Assembly (NCBI RefSeq): GCF_011386835.1
Contig: NC_088797.1
Span: 87,606,001 to 87,670,000, forward strand
Origin: Chrysemys picta bellii
Taxonomy: Eukaryota
Length of the DNA: 64,000 nucleotides
Reading direction: 5' to 3'
Every line of letters starts with the position of its first letter. Within the stretch, counting starts at the first letter, position 1. Shown piece after piece: positions 1 through 13,223 of the stretch. Both the position numbers and the translations under genes were made by a program. The notes beneath the pieces were generated by a model. That model searched no databases. It saw only the letters and a list, made by a program, of their open reading frames with translations, and was not told where the DNA came from.

Positions 1-1466
1 CTGACATTTTGCATACATGGATCATTCTTGGTCAGCTTGAAGGGACACAGTCTCAAAATGCAAAACTTCCAATTATATTTGCAGGCACATTTTATGAAAT
101 AAGAATTTCATTGCTCTTTCACAAACAACAACAACAACAAAACAACAAGACACTAAAAAAACCTCATGCCAGCTGCCAACAACAGGCCAGGCCATACGCT
201 GTTCTCAAAAAACCACCCAATTTTGTGAAGCCTCAATTTCAGTTTCTCCACTCCACAGACTTCATTATAAAACTGAAGAAAGTATAAAAGTGTTGCTTAT
301 AGTTCTTTGAGAGAGCCCATTTGATAGAAAGACCATGAGAGCATTTAGTCTCTAGAAAGAGCAGCCAGGCCATTAAATACCCTAGAACAAAACTGGCAAT
401 TTTTTTTTTTTAAAGAGTTTCTTTAATCTCTTAGGAGAAGGGGAAAGAATTAAAATAATGTGAGTATGCTATTATTTACAAAGAGATGGGGAAACACATA
501 AGAAGTCAGAGAGATTATGTTGTATAAGTTTTTTAATTAAGTTTCCTAAATTAGTCTTACTTCCAAAATGGGCTCTGCAGTATGAGGAAGAGGGAGATGT
601 CTATGCTGATTTCATTAGGTTCTGCAGCACTTCAACAATTTAAAAGATTTTTCTAAGGAACAAAATAATCCTGTGAGAATCACTGCTTTCACCCTGTAAT
701 GGCAGAAATAACCAAGGCATTGTACACCGAGCTGTCAACAAAATTTATGTTGATCAAAAAGTGCCATAATTACATCACTATTGCATGTTCACACTATGCT
801 CCCTCTGCCCACCGAGTGCATCCACAGTTGGTGCTCTAGGATCGGCAATGAGAGCAGTGCTCTGTGGGTAGCTATCCCACTGTGCTACTTGCCATCTTCT
901 GCAGCTAGGACTTGTGGGAAGGCGGAGTGAAACACAGTGCATCATGGGTGTGGGCTCAACATCCCATGATGTATTATTTTCTGTCCCCACATTCCATGGA
1001 TTTCCAACTGCTTTTCGCAGCATTTTTCCAACAGCCCGTTTACTGTGCACCCGCCATCTCTGTGCAAAAGGATGGATCCCGCACTGCTCTCTACTGTTGT
1101 GGTAACTGTTAACACATCGCGCATGGTCATGCACTATATCGTGAGCTCCCAATATGAACAGGAATCAGAGTTGCCTGACTGTTGTGTGCCATGGAAAGAA
1201 ACAACACCAGATTACTTTTGGCATTCATGGAGCACCTGCACATGGTGAACCATCGCTTTTGGGATCGGGAAACAAGCATAGAGCGGTGGGATTGCGTCAT
1301 TATGCAGGTCTGGGATGACGAACAGAGACTACAGAAATTTCCCATGTGGGAAGCCACCTCCCTGGAATGGTGTGCGGAGCTCGCCCCAGCCCTGCGGTGC
1401 AAGGACACCAAAATGAAAGCAGCCCTCTAGGTGGAGAAGCACCTGGCGACTGCAGCATAGAAGCTA

Positions 1467-1784
1467 TGGACTGGGAATGGCTGAGCCATTACAAACATTG
1501 AATCTATCTCCCCTTGTAAGTATTCTCACACTTCTTATCAACCTGTCTGTACTGGGCTATCTTGATTATCACTTCAAAAGTTTTTTTTCTCTTACTTAAT
1601 TGGCCTCTTAGAGTTGGTAAGACAACTCCCACCTGTTCATGCTCTCTGTATGTGTGTATATATATCTCCTCAATATATGTTCCATTCTATATGCATCCGA
1701 AGAAGTGGGCTGTAGTCCACGAAAGCTTATGCTCTAATAAATTTGTTAGTCTCTAAGATGCCACAAGTACTCCTGTTCTTTTTG
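1467..1784 (+). mobile_element. 5'-truncated Penelope-like element (3' end) inserted into the Harbinger transposase
   Basis: Penelope-type 3' end, homologous to the copies near 24600-24750 and 38720-39055. It is flanked by a 13-bp direct repeat AGCATAGAAGCTA (1454-1466 and 1785-1797). Removing the insert restores the transposase frame (..KLGTPDCYRSVANQF). Confidence 0.9.
1693..1732 (+). ncRNA. Minimal type I hammerhead ribozyme motif (U4C core variant)
   Basis: GCAU-CCGAAGA-A-GUGGG-CUGUAG-UCCAC-GAAA-GC-UU/AUGC. Stem I is GCAU/AUGC, stem II is present, GAAA is intact, and there is a palindromic AGCU at helix III. Confidence 0.6.
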
Positions 1785-4471
1785 AGCATAGAAGCTAGGG
1801 ACTCCAGATTGCTACCGGTCAGTTGCAAATCAGTTTGAAGTTGGAAAGTCAAGTGTTGGGGCTGTGTTAATGCAAGCATGCAAGGCCATTAATTGCATCC
1901 TGATACAAAGGACCGTGACTCTCAGCAATGTGTGTGAAATAGTGGATGACTTTGCAGAAATGGGATTCCCTAACTGCAGCGGGGCGATAGATGGAATGCA
2001 TATTCCAACTCTGGCTCTGGACCGTCTTGCGACTGAGTACATCAATGGAAAGGGTACTTCTCCAGGGTATTGCGGGTGCTTGTTGATCACCAGGGGTGTT
2101 TCACTGGGGTGGTCCAAGGTGGTGCATGATACACACATTTTCAGGAACACTGGCCTGTACAGAAAATCTAAGCATGGACTTTCTTTCCAAATCAGAAGAG
2201 TCCAGTGAGGGATGTTGAAATGCCCAGAGTGATCCTGGGAGACCCAGCATACCCCTTCCTCCCATGGCTCATGAAGCTTTACACAGGAAACCTGGACAGC
2301 AGCAAGGAGCACTTCAACAATAGGCTGAGTAGGTGCAGAATGACCATGGAATGTGCGTTTGGCAGATTAAAAGCGCGCTGGCAGTGCCTTTACAGCAGGT
2401 TAGATCTAAATGACAAAAACATTCCCATGGTCACAGTAGCCTGCTGCTCGCTCCATAATCTTTTGAGGCTAAAGGTGAAAATTTGCCCCAGGAGTGGAAT
2501 GCTGAGGCTGGTCCCCTGGCTGCTGATTTTGAGCAGCCTATACAGTGGCTATTAGAGGGGTGCAACGAGGGGGTGGGGGGGCAATTCAAATCAGGGAGGC
2601 TTTGAGGCAACATTTTGATAATGAGCACCAGTAATGTGACAGAACTCTTCCAGGCTTCATTAATTTCATTTATCTTATTCTGCCTAAAACTTGTGATGAT
2701 TCCTGAGTGGGATTTGTAAAAGCAATTGATTAAACTGCATGTATGTTTTACTACCAGCAGCAATCACTATGTGTAGTACACAAATAAAGATTGATTATCT
2801 TTCAGAGAGTTTGTTTTTATTAAACACCAATTAACACACACAAAAGCTTTGGTGGGAAGAGAGGCAACAGTGCAGGGCACTGGAGGCTCTCATAGCTGTG
2901 CATAAGTCCCACTATCATTTTGGAAGCTGTCTGAAGGAATGGAATGAACTGGATACCGAAATGTTCTGGAAAGTTGCAAGGAATGTGAGAGAGAAGCTTG
3001 GGGAGGGAATGGAAAACAATTCTGTATCGCCTGCTGGGAGGGAGGGGAGCAGCGGCAAGCATGCATCTGTTCTGACTGTAGCGTGATTATGGACTTCAAC
3101 ATCTCTGTTTGTTCCTCCACCACTTTTATTATCTGCTCATGGGCATTTAGAATGAGAGCCTCGCTGTCCTTTCTGTCCCGCCTTTTCAAGAGCAAGTTAA
3201 GACAAGGTACTCTCAATGCACTCTCAGAAAAAGAGACTAAGATCAAAACAGACTTTGATCATGCAGTGTGGCTTCTAGAACACAAGGCCAGTCTAGATCA
3301 TCACACCCTGGCCATATTGTGAAGTGTTTATGTAGTTCAAAAAAAAGTTAGCAGGACAGTTAAAAACTGTTCTTCTATTAGAATGCAAGTTCCGTGGAAG
3401 AGAGTCCACGTATTACAAGTTTGAAGAGAGTCAGATGTATGCCCATCTGTAAGTAATATGCTACACCTAGCAATTTTTCAAGAGATCCTGATTCAAAAGC
3501 AGCCTAACCAGTGAAGTTACTTGCTCCATCGCTTTTGGCAAAAGAAAAAATAGGTTCTGTTTCTGTCAAGTGACCTCTTGCACATGCCAGACTTGTGTCA
3601 GCCCTCACTATTGCAAAGTTTCCTCAATATAATGTGGTATTGCTCATATCCTATAAATGGATATATAGGCAACACCAGACATTACTTCACTGAAATTCTA
3701 ACAGTAAACACAAACCACAAGTCACATTCCCCTGCTACGTAGATCCGACCACCAGATCACAAGACGAGGAGAGAGAGAGAGAGAAGAGAATGAACAAGTA
3801 GGATCATATCAGCCACCATAACATCTTTTGTTCCACATTCTGTAATACTCTATATTTGATCTTGAAAGGGCCCGTGGCTAAAAAATAAGAGCATGGTAAC
3901 CTGGTTTAAGATGACCTTTGGTCATGCGTCTAGTATTTAAATACATACCCAGGACACTGCTATTGCAAAATACTCTGGTATACATACAGTACAATCAGAA
4001 CACTAGTACTGAGGGAACAGCTACTGTGTAATGCATTTTTGACAGCTGATTGAATTTTCAAGCACACCTAAATGACATGTACTTCTAAATCATTTAGGTG
4101 TTTGAAAATCCCACATTGTCTCTCAGACGTCCCTTTTCCACAATCCTTCAACCTTCGCTAAAAGGTAAGTAGTTTGCGTAGCAAGTGCCTTTGCATGCAT
4201 ACACACATACATCTGAGCTCTTTGCTTTCTGCATATAGTTCCCCATCCCCAATCTACCCAAGGGAATCACTGTACTAAACTCTGCAGAGCATTTTCACTC
4301 TCTCAGAAACACTCTTCCTAGAACATTGTAAAACTCGCATTTAAGGATGCTGCCCAGCGTAACTGAGGGGAGGTAAAACCAGCCATCCCACTCTTAATGT
4401 CAAACAAGTCTGCCAATCACTATATTTATCCTATATACAGAAAAGGAAATCAGAGTCATATAAGAGAGTAT

Positions 4472-4736
4472 GGTCATGGCTACACTGGAAACTTCAAAGT
4501 GCTGTCGCGGGAATGCTCCCGCAGCAGCACTCTGAGGTGCAAGTGTGTGGTCACGCATGAGCGCTGGGAGAGCACTCCTGGTAATCCACTTCCACAAAGG
4601 GCTTAGTTCCCAGCGCTCGTAGCCTGTTTACACTAGCGCTTTAAAGTGCTTAGACTTGCTGCGCTCAAGGGGGTGATTTTTCAAACCCCTGAGCCAGCAA
4701 GTTAGAGCGCTATAAAATTTAAGTGTAGAGAAGCCC
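4472..4736. mobile_element. Harbinger-type MITE
   Basis: Imperfect TIRs ggtcatggctacact / agtgtagagaagccc with a 3-bp direct repeat TAT on both sides. Confidence 0.75.
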
Positions 4737-5149
4737 TATGTGAAAATAAGTTGAACTACAACAGAGTAACATTCAAGAAGTAATAGCTGTCTTTGGAAAG
4801 ATGGGATTTTGAGTTTTAGGACACAGTTCCTGGCAATCAGGTTTATAAACAACCTACATGCTTGTTCTTCAGCCCCAATCCCCAAATTCTATCCCTGCTT
4901 TTAATCTCCTCTGGATATCATCTTAGCTGATCCTCCCCAGGCCACCACACAAAAACCCTTTTGTTTATTGCTATAGAAAAAGTTCATTTTTATAGCAGCA
5001 GAACACAGCCCCAAGAGAGCAGTCAGATTGAGAGAGCCTAATATAAAGGAACATTGCAAAATTACACGTTTTAAATAATTAGCTACACAAAACACACAAC
5101 AAGCCATAGAAATGAGCAATGCATGACATGGACAAATGACAGCTGTTTT

Positions 5150-5233
5150 GGGAATTAGTCCTACTTTGAGCAGGGGTTTGGACTAGATGACCTCCTGAGG
5201 TCCCTTCCAACGCTGATATTCTATGATTCTATG
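5150..5233 (+). mobile_element. CR1 LINE 3' end
   Basis: ggactagatgacctcctgaggtcccttccaac followed by an (ATTCTATG)n tail. Confidence 0.85.
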
Positions 5234-5665
5234 ACAGCTTACTATCCCACAACACTTAGTAAATAAAACTAGAATATGAAGAAGGTGCATGTGTGTCTGT
5301 AATAAAGAGGAACCAATCTTCAAAGAGATCAGTTTCACTGATATATATATACTGGTGTGGGGGACAAAAGGGGAACAATGGATGAAAAAGATCAGTTCTC
5401 TCTGTGTTAATTGTCTAGATGGGCAAACACATCTATTCAGGGGAAAACGCTGTGGAAGCAAATCCCTTGGAGACAGAGGAAGATGGCAGGGGTCCCAGCC
5501 CAGTTAACTCTAACACAGGATGTATTCTCTCTGACAGGTCCCCTTCCTTACTGACTAAGCCCACCACTAGAAGTGCTTTGGAGGCAGTAGTTTCACAAAG
5601 CATGACTTAATTATTCACACATTTAACAAGCCCCAGAAGTTTCAATGACTTCCCATTCCTGGATC

Positions 5666-5963
5666 TAAGAACCTAAGAATGGCCATACTGGGTCAGACCA
5701 AAGGTCCACGTAGCCCATTATCCTGTGACAGGTGCCCCACAGGGAATGATTAGAACAGATAAACATCAAGTGATCCATCGCATGTCCCATTCCCAGCTTC
5801 TGGCAAACAGAGGCTAGGGACACCATCCCTGCCCATCCTGGCTAATAGCCATATATGGACCATGAATTGATCTAGTTCTTTTCTGAACCCGGTTATAATC
5901 TTGGCCTTCACAACTTCCTCTGGCAAAGAGTTCCACAGGTTGACTGTGCCTTGTGTGAAATAT
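5666..5963 (-). mobile_element. CR1 LINE 3' fragment (second subfamily)
   Basis: The minus strand encodes the CR1 RT C-terminal motif (VNLWNSLPEEVVKAK...F.KELDQFM), followed by a 3' UTR and a short tandem tail. Confidence 0.85.
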
Positions 5964-6399
5964 ACAAGAACGGTAGTTTGCAAATCCTCATCAGAATGTG
6001 AAATCACTCCCTAGCAATAGGACAGGACTGCCTTTGTCCAATATGTTTTACTCTTCTAAGGCCATAGCTACACACAAAGTTGCACTCGTTTAACAAGAGT
6101 TGTGAATTTATACTTATGCAACTTCACGGGTAGACATACTTATATTGGTTTAAACCCAGTTTATTTCAAGTGCAAGGTACACCAATACATCCTGTTTTAA
6201 AACAATGTAAGAGCGAGCATAGATACACAAAAACTCGTAGCGATTTCACTAAAGCCAGATTTCCACTAAACCAGTACAACTTCTATGTCTAGACAAGATC
6301 TCGGCTGGCACAACCTCACTGCATAACCTCTTAGCGTCTTTAGCTTCTCGGTCACACCACCACCTTTCAGAAGCCAGGTTAACTCCACGGTCGCCACTA

Positions 6400-7060
6400 G
6401 CTCCCCCCGACAGCCCCTCTCCCTGGGGCGCGGCACAGCGCTCCGCGGGGGTGTCACACCGCCGGGCCCGCAAGAGACACACGGGCACTTACGACAACCG
6501 GGCCGGGGCTGCCCCGAAACCCCCTCTAAAGCCCAGGCGACAGCCTGAGCGGGCCCGGCCCGGGAGAGCGGGAGCCCCGGGCCGGCTCACAGCGATCCTC
6601 GCCGCCAGCTACCGGGGGAAAGGGCCGGTGCTCACCATCTTCGCCGCCTTCCCGGCTGCTCCGCGCAGGGGCCCTCGGAACGGGTCGGGATTCGCCTCCT
6701 CCCCGGGCCCGCCCCACACTCAGCCCACCCGGGCGCTGCGGTGCGGTGCGGTGCGGCTCGGCGGCTGGCCCCGGCGCGCAGGCCAGGCTGAGATTGGGAG
6801 CAGCGCCACCGCCTGTGCCTGTGCTGCCGGCCCGGAAATGGCCCCATCACCCGGCCCCGCTGCCTTAAGCTCAGAGAAAATGGCCCCGCCCGCCCCCAGG
6901 GAGGCGGCCGCAGCGCCCCCTGCTGGAGCAGAATTGATCCGACGACACTCCGCCGCAGGGCATCCAATTGACCCCAGGCGGTCCTGCGGGGTTCCCCCCG
7001 TTAACCCCTCGGCCCAAGGCAGGGCAGAACCTACCGCTCCTCAGCCTGGCATTGCTTTGA
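6400..7060. promoter_or_regulatory. CpG island / housekeeping-type promoter
   Basis: High GC and CpG density with no TE termini. Contains GC boxes (about 6701-6718 and 6885), an ETS-like CCGGAAAT (6832-6839), YY1-like AAATGGC motifs and an inverted CCAAT (about 6792). Confidence 0.85.
6636..6638 (-). CDS. Putative first exon ending in a lone start codon (GGCGGCGAAG ATG|GTGAGC) of a minus-strand gene; SGPL1 is possible by synteny only
   Basis: The reverse complement of 6630-6650 gives an ATG in good Kozak context followed directly by a consensus donor GTGAG, inside the CpG island. No downstream coding exon was recognised in 1-6630. In human, SGPL1 is the gene divergent from TBATA (recalled). 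Confidence 0.55.
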
Positions 7061-8109
7061 AGGGATGGTGGGTTGGTGTCACCTCTCCCCTGCAACCAGC
7101 CCCCCAGGCCGGGTTCTCCCTGCACAAGGGCTCCTCACCTAGCACAGCAGGTCAGAGGCTACTCTTTCTTCCTGCAGCCAGTGCGGAGATGTGCAGGGGA
7201 CTGGAGGCTACCGGGGGTTGCAGCTGGTTGGGGGGGAGGGGGGGAGTTCAAGTTTTTGATGACAAACTTAGCCGACTTTCCTCAGGGGTGCTCTACTCCA
7301 GCAGCCGGCACAGCTCCTGGGGGATACAGGCGGCTGGCCCAGTTTAAAACAGCCCACTTAGACTAATGCACTAAAGCAGTATCAGGAAGGGCACTGGCTT
7401 GGTATAGATACACAGGGAGCACAGGGGTTGCTTAAGGTCATTGTGCATACACCATGCCTGGCCTGTACCATGCTTCTCTGTCCAGCTCAGGAGGGGACCC
7501 CATTATCTGCCTCCTCCCCACCCTTCTCAACACCTCTTTTCTGTCTCCCACATTCGTGTTAGTGTCAGTATTGATTCTTCTCTTTATCCAGCCTCTTGTA
7601 CAATCCTGTCAATACTTTATTTTAACCTAAATCCACCCTTTCCCTATTAGCCTCATTGCTAAAGCTCTTGTTCTAGGTCTAGAGTCTCTCTCACAGCTTG
7701 ATTAATGTGACCGCCTCTTCTCGAAGCTCCCTGCCTCTCACCTCTTGTTCCCTTAGTATGTCACTATAACAGTGCTGCTAACAATCCTACATGCTGGAGG
7801 TGTGAGCAGTCTACACCCAAATGAAAACAAACTAGCCCTCAGTTGTGTGCAATAGAATACTCTGACAAAAATACCCTTACCTTCACCAGGGTTTTATGAT
7901 GTGAGATAGCTATAGTACCCTCTTCAGACTTTATCCATCCTCTTTCAAATATTAGCCTAGTCACCCAGGCTTCCACAGTTTACTTCCTTCTTTTGTGCCC
8001 AGCTTTTGAGTCTGGTAGAATATGCATGTGCGCCACACCTTTTAGCCCTTTCCTGTCTGTTTCCACATCCCTGCAGAGCTAACAGGAAGATAGACGGTTG
8101 AGATGGAGC

Positions 8110-8581
8110 CAGGGCCGGCTCTAGGATTTTGGCCGCCCCCCCGTTTTTTTCTTACCACACCCCCGGCCCCGCCTCAACTCCGCCCCTTCCCCAAATCCCC
8201 AGCCTTGCCTCCTCCCCCCAGGCTCTCAAGCCTAGGAGCGAGGGAGGGAGAGGGAGAAGCAGCGCGTGCGCAGCTTCTACTCGAGGTCTCCCCCTCCCTC
8301 CCAGGCTCTCAAACCCGGGAGGGAGGGGGAGATCCCGAGTGGCTGTGGCGCACGAATCAGCTGTTTCGTGCGCCGCAGCCGCTCAGGATCTCCCCCTCCC
8401 TTCCGGGTTTGAGAGCCTGGGAGGGAGGGGGAGCAGCGGTGCGCGAGCGGCAGCAGCGGAGGTGAGTTAGGGCGGCCGGGGCACATTTTTAGGGGCAGCA
8501 TGGCCTGCGCCAGAATGCCGCCCTTAAAAATGTGCCGCCCCAAGCACCAGCTTGTTTTGCTGGTGCCTAGAGCCGGCCCTG
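8110..8581. mobile_element. Non-autonomous hAT element (GC-rich MITE)
   Basis: TIRs cagggccggctctagg / cctagagccggccctg. 8-bp TSD GATGGAGC / GATGGGGC. Confidence 0.9.
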
Positions 8582-9009
8582 GATGGGGCTACCAATACTC
8601 AGACACTTGGGCCCTGAGCCTGCCATGAGCGCTGCACAAATGGACCCTGAACCCACATTAATCTGATAGCAGGATGAGAACATTTGGGTGATATTTCAAC
8701 ACTTTAATTCTGGTCATGGATAGGCTTCAGAAGTACAGAAGGATTCCCCCCCAAAAGGGAGGGGGGGACACATTTAGGAGGGGGGTGGAATGATGAAGTT
8801 CTTAGGTGACCTGAACTGATTTGTCTTTCAGCCCTACTTTATTTTATTGCTGTTACTAAATCGTTGAAAGGAAACTACATCACCAGACATGTTCCTTCAC
8901 TTTCTAGTTAAATTCATGTAGCTGGGACTACTGTTAGAAGACAGTGGTATCCCACTGCAACAAGGTGCTGGATGGATTTAACTATCAAACTCTTGTCATG
9001 CACTTGCCC

Positions 9010-10380
9010 TATGATATCTGGGACACTTCCAGAGGGTCTCCAGGGTTGAGGCTCCTCGCAACCACCTGCCCTTAAGGGGAGGAAGCCTTGTCTATACCAG
9101 TGGGGTGTCAGCTCCCCAACTTCACCGGCCACTGGCACCACAAGCACTCCTGAATAGGCCTAAGGAGGCCCTGCCATCTCTCTACAGGTTAACAATAAGC
9201 ATACTCCAAACCCTGAGCATCTCCCTGGAATGTCCAGACCCTATTCCACTGGACACTTACAGTATTTAAAGATCTACTGCTTCCAAAGACACAGCACACC
9301 CCAGCTTACAAATTCCAATTCAGATCACCATTGTACTTACCACACAGCACTTAGACATGTTTACAGTGAAATCAAAAATAGGTTTCTTTAACAAAGCATA
9401 GGGATTCAAAGTAAATGTATTGGAAACAAATGGTTAATGTAAAATAAAATCATAATTAAGTCTAGGCTCAGAATGCATGTTAACAAGATACTCTCATGAC
9501 TAATAAAGTTTTTCCTCACAAGCACTTTACAGCCAGGCTGGCTGTGACCCCGCTTTTATGAGACGCAACATGCTGTCATTTTGCCTCCTCGGTGAAGGAT
9601 CCTGTGTTTCTTTGCATTCCCTGATACACCAGACCAGGGGTCGGCAACCTTTCAGAAGTGGTTGCCGAGTCTTCGTTTATTCACTCTAATTTAAGGTTTC
9701 GCATGCCAGTAATACATTTTAACATTTTTAGAAGGTCTCTTTCTATAAGTCTAGAATATATAACTAAACTATTGTTGTATGTAAAGTAACTAAGGTTTTA
9801 AAAATGTTTCAGACGCTTCCTTTAAAATTAAATTAAAATGCAGAGCCCCCCAGACTGGTGGCCAGGACCCAGGCAGTGAGCGTGCCACTGAAAATCAGCT
9901 CACATGCCGCCTTTGGCACACGTGCCATAGGTTGCCTACCTCTGCACTAGACTAATCCTTTAATTTTAGTCATAAAGAGGATGCTCCCCTGATGATTGTG
10001 TTTTCCTGTCAATTTTCTCCTGTGGATTTTGCAATCCTTCAACTGGTATCTGGGCCAATATGCAAATAGGCATCCTTGTGAGGCAGACAATACACAATAC
10101 TCTCAGGGCCAGGCACAGAGGTAAGGATCTGTTGCCTCCTGTCTAAAAGGAACATGTCCAAGGTATGACAGTTCCTAGTGATCTTTCTTAACCTCCAGAC
10201 CTTAAGAATGTAATTTTTAGTTTAGATATATAATTCCTTAAATATTAACCAAACATACATTTCACTATGATTATGACAACCAGTGAACTATTATGCATAT
10301 ATCTGACCCAGAGGATCCCTTTAAAATCCTGCATTCCCCGTGCCCTCTGCCAGTTGGTAGCAACAGGTTATTGGGTCACA
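9010..10380. mobile_element. Probable solo LTR (Gypsy-like), interrupted by a hAT MITE
   Basis: Resembles turtle LTR-type repeats and ends in ...GTCACA at 10380. The left boundary and TSD are not resolved. Confidence 0.4.
9635..9944 (+). mobile_element. Non-autonomous hAT element
   Basis: TIRs caggggtcggcaacct / aggttgcctacctctg. TSD CACCAGAC / CACTAGAC. A second copy lies inverted at 51349-51646. Confidence 0.9.
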
Positions 10381-10689
10381 ATACCCCTCTCCCTTTTTAG
10401 AATGCTGTTATAAGAAGAAAGGTTTAGAAGAAAGACTTTGAAACTGGAAATTTCAGTAACACTTGATCTTTCTACCATTCTTTTGAGATTGTATGTAGGA
10501 CTTCAGTTTGCTGAAGAATATCATGAAGGTGACATTAAGATCCCATATCAGAGGTAACCTGCTCACTCCAATGAGAAATAAATCTGTCAAGATAGGAGAA
10601 AAAAAGGAAAGAGAAGTGGCAAGCAGTAAGATGTGTAGTTGTTCAATCTATAAGGATGGATTTAAAAAAAAAAAAAGAAGACAACTGTA

Positions 10690-10940
10690 TAGTGGAAAGG
10701 GTACTAGACTGGGAATTGGGAGACCCCAGTTCTATTCCTGGCTCTGCCACTGACCTTGGGCAAATCACTTTATTTCTCTGTGTCCGATTCTCCACCACCT
10801 TTTAGGTGTCTCATCTCTATAGATTGTAAGCTCTTTGGGGCAAGGGTTGTCTCTTATTCTGTGTTTATATAGTGTCTATCATGATGGGGCCCTAATTTTA
10901 GCTGGCATCTCTGGCCATTACTGTGATATATAATAAATAG
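10690..10940 (+). mobile_element. MIR/CORE-like SINE with L2-type tail
   Basis: Core-like ctggctctgccactgaccttgggcaaatcactt followed by the tail tagattgtaagctctttggggcaggg. Confidence 0.6.
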
Positions 10941-12150
10941 TAATTACTGAGGGCAACATCAGGTCTCACAACAAAGCTATTGGAATTACATCAGTCAAAC
11001 ATCAAATGGTTCAGGCTACAATTAGAAACAAATGTTGGTTAAAGTCAAATTTAGGATAATTCAAAAACAAAAAACAGTACTGTAGAAAGTTAAATGTTGC
11101 TAACCTAAACATAATACTAACTCATTAAAAAATGGGAATCAACAAGTAAGACATCAGTAAACAAAATCCGAGCCTAATTCTCAAAACATAATGCATACTC
11201 CTCAACCCCGTGTTCCCAGTGCTAAACAGCTCCACAATCTGACTACAAACAGGAATTGCAACCTTTACTTCAACTAATGATAGCCTGTAGGAGATGCGAG
11301 GAGGAATGTGTTGGCTTTTTAAAATACATTATGAGTGTGTCATATGTTACACCAACCCCATTTCCTTTTAATTTACTCCATATTGATTGACTAAAATTAC
11401 AGTGTATGTGGCTCTGGGCGTGATCCACCCCAGCTACAGCCACTGTGAGCCACTCTGGTAGCACAAAGAATCTGTAAAGTCAGCCGATCTGGACCTCCAA
11501 GAATTCCCCGTGTTGGCTAAATCCCTTGCACTAATATTTAAATGAGAAGTCAAGAGTATGTAATTACATCCTTCAAAACTAGGATCATGCAAAAACCCTG
11601 GCATAGATGCAGTTAAATAGTTCATACACCCACTTTACAATTGGCACCACACACAATTATTTTGTTTGACTACCACAAGAAAACATTTTAAGTTTAACCT
11701 GAGCCAATATTAAAATATATTGCCTCATAGTGTTGCCTCAGGTGAGGCCTACAGATACTCTGAACCTCTTTGACCCATTTTCCTGAGAAAAATCAAAGGC
11801 CCAGTGACTAGATCTCTCACAAAATATATCCTTTATAACATTTTCACTTATCCAATCAAGGAACAAAAACAATATCATGTGACCAAAGTGCTAATGAACA
11901 CCTCGGGCAGACAATGTTTGTAAACAATTCATAGGCTGAAATTTATTCACAAAAATCTGCAATATAATTTATATAGTTATTTGAATAATTTCAAGTACTA
12001 GATTAAATTTAAAGTGACAAATTCAGGAAAGATAAAGGAACATAATTAATTTGAATGAATTGTGCACTGCAAGATCTAGAATAGAATGTTCGCAATATGA
12101 AGTCAATCCAACTAACCTAACTCAAAACACTGCAATTCTCCTATTATTTA

Positions 12151-12813
12151 CAGTAACTCCCCACTCAATGTACTCTCTCAAGGTTGTTTCGATCTTACGT
12201 CCCTGCTCAGTTACAGAACATGCTCCATTTAAAGTTGTGCAATGCTTCGCTATAACGTTGTTTGGCTGCATGCTTAGTCCACAGCTGGCAGCCTCCGCAT
12301 CAGCTCCCCTACACACACACCCCAGCACCTCCCACCCGCCAGCAGACCCCGCAGATCAGCACATTCCCCCTCCTCCCACGCAGCAATCAGCTGGCTTGTG
12401 GCGTTCAGGAGGGAGGGGGGAGGAGCGAGGATTCGGCGGGTTAAGGGTGGGGGCTTGGAAGAAGGGGGGCGTGGGCGGGCCAAGGGTTGAGCGCCCCGCC
12501 CCTGGTGCTTGCAGACCAGGGGAAGCTGCCGCTGCACAATGTGCTTCTCCTAGCCTACAGCACCTTCAGCCTCCTTGCCTGCCTCATTGTCTCCAGTGCC
12601 AGTGGGTTGTGCCTGTGTGGGGTAAGGCGGGGGCACCTCCCAACTATATTACTGTACTGTATGGCAAAAAAAAAAAAAAAAAAAAAAAATTCCCTGGAAC
12701 CTAACCCTCCATTTACATTCATTCTTATGGGGAAATTGGATTTGCTTAACATCGTTTCACTTAAAGTCGCATTTTTCAGGAACATAACTACAACGATAAG
12801 TGAGGAGTTACTG
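12151..12813. mobile_element. Tc1/mariner (Tigger-like) non-autonomous element
   Basis: TIRs cagtaactcc(c)cact / agtgaggagttactg, flanked by TA on both sides (12149-12150 and 12814-12815). Contains an internal poly(A) run. Confidence 0.85.
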
Positions 12814-13223
12814 TAGTTTATTTGTTTTGTCAGTGTGATTATGCAATCTTGGGGAAGACAGGAGGTAGGAGTAATTGATTGAAAGAGCAAGATACACTGG
12901 TGCTCTTCTCCTCATTCTCTCCTCCACCCTATGATTCAGATCCTGTGTTGTTATCCTCACAGACTGCCACACTACATGGAACCACGTTGAGGTCAATGGG
13001 TCTCTGTGTTGGTGAGTGCACTGTCCACAGGCAACCAGTTGCAGGACTACGGCTTAATTCTTTACACAATTGTTATGCATTCAGATTAAGCAAATATAGG
13101 TCCTTCTGATCCTGCAGACACTTATGCTTGTGCCTAAGTTATGTACTGCAAAGTCGAAGGGACTCCTTGCAGCACATAAAGTTAAATAAATGTGAGAGTC
13201 TTTGCATGAGCATGGCCATAGAT

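Larger units (their letters stand above)
780..3190 (+). mobile_element. Decayed PIF/Harbinger DNA transposon: transposase on +, convergent Myb/SANT-type second ORF remnant on -
   Basis: Broken ORFs 1182-1430, 1864-2208 and 2205-2555 encode Harbinger DDE transposase motifs (FW.RETS..WD, GAIDGMHIP, HDTHIF, LGDPAYP, SRCRMTMECAFGRLKARW). Stops and frameshifts are present. Minus ORF 2890-3246 resembles the C-terminus of the second Harbinger protein. Ends are approximate and no TIRs were identified. Confidence 0.9.

Noticed and set aside
1-75. Exon 2 of the minus-strand gene
   Set aside because: Possible acceptors exist on the minus strand, but the frames either stop early or show no similarity to SGPL1 or any protein I recognise.
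1182-2555. Domesticated HARBI1 gene
   Set aside because: Multiple stops and frameshifts plus a Penelope insertion indicate a decayed transposon copy.
4055-4108. Pre-miRNA-like hairpin
   Set aside because: It resembles the short palindromic repeats also seen near 41040-41220, 44190-44450 and 51120-51190, so it is more likely a MITE remnant. No known miRNA was recognised.
6451-7347. 298-aa plus-strand ORF as a protein-coding gene
   Set aside because: It lies across the CpG island, where stop codons are depleted. The peptide is low-complexity A/P/G/R with no recognisable domain.
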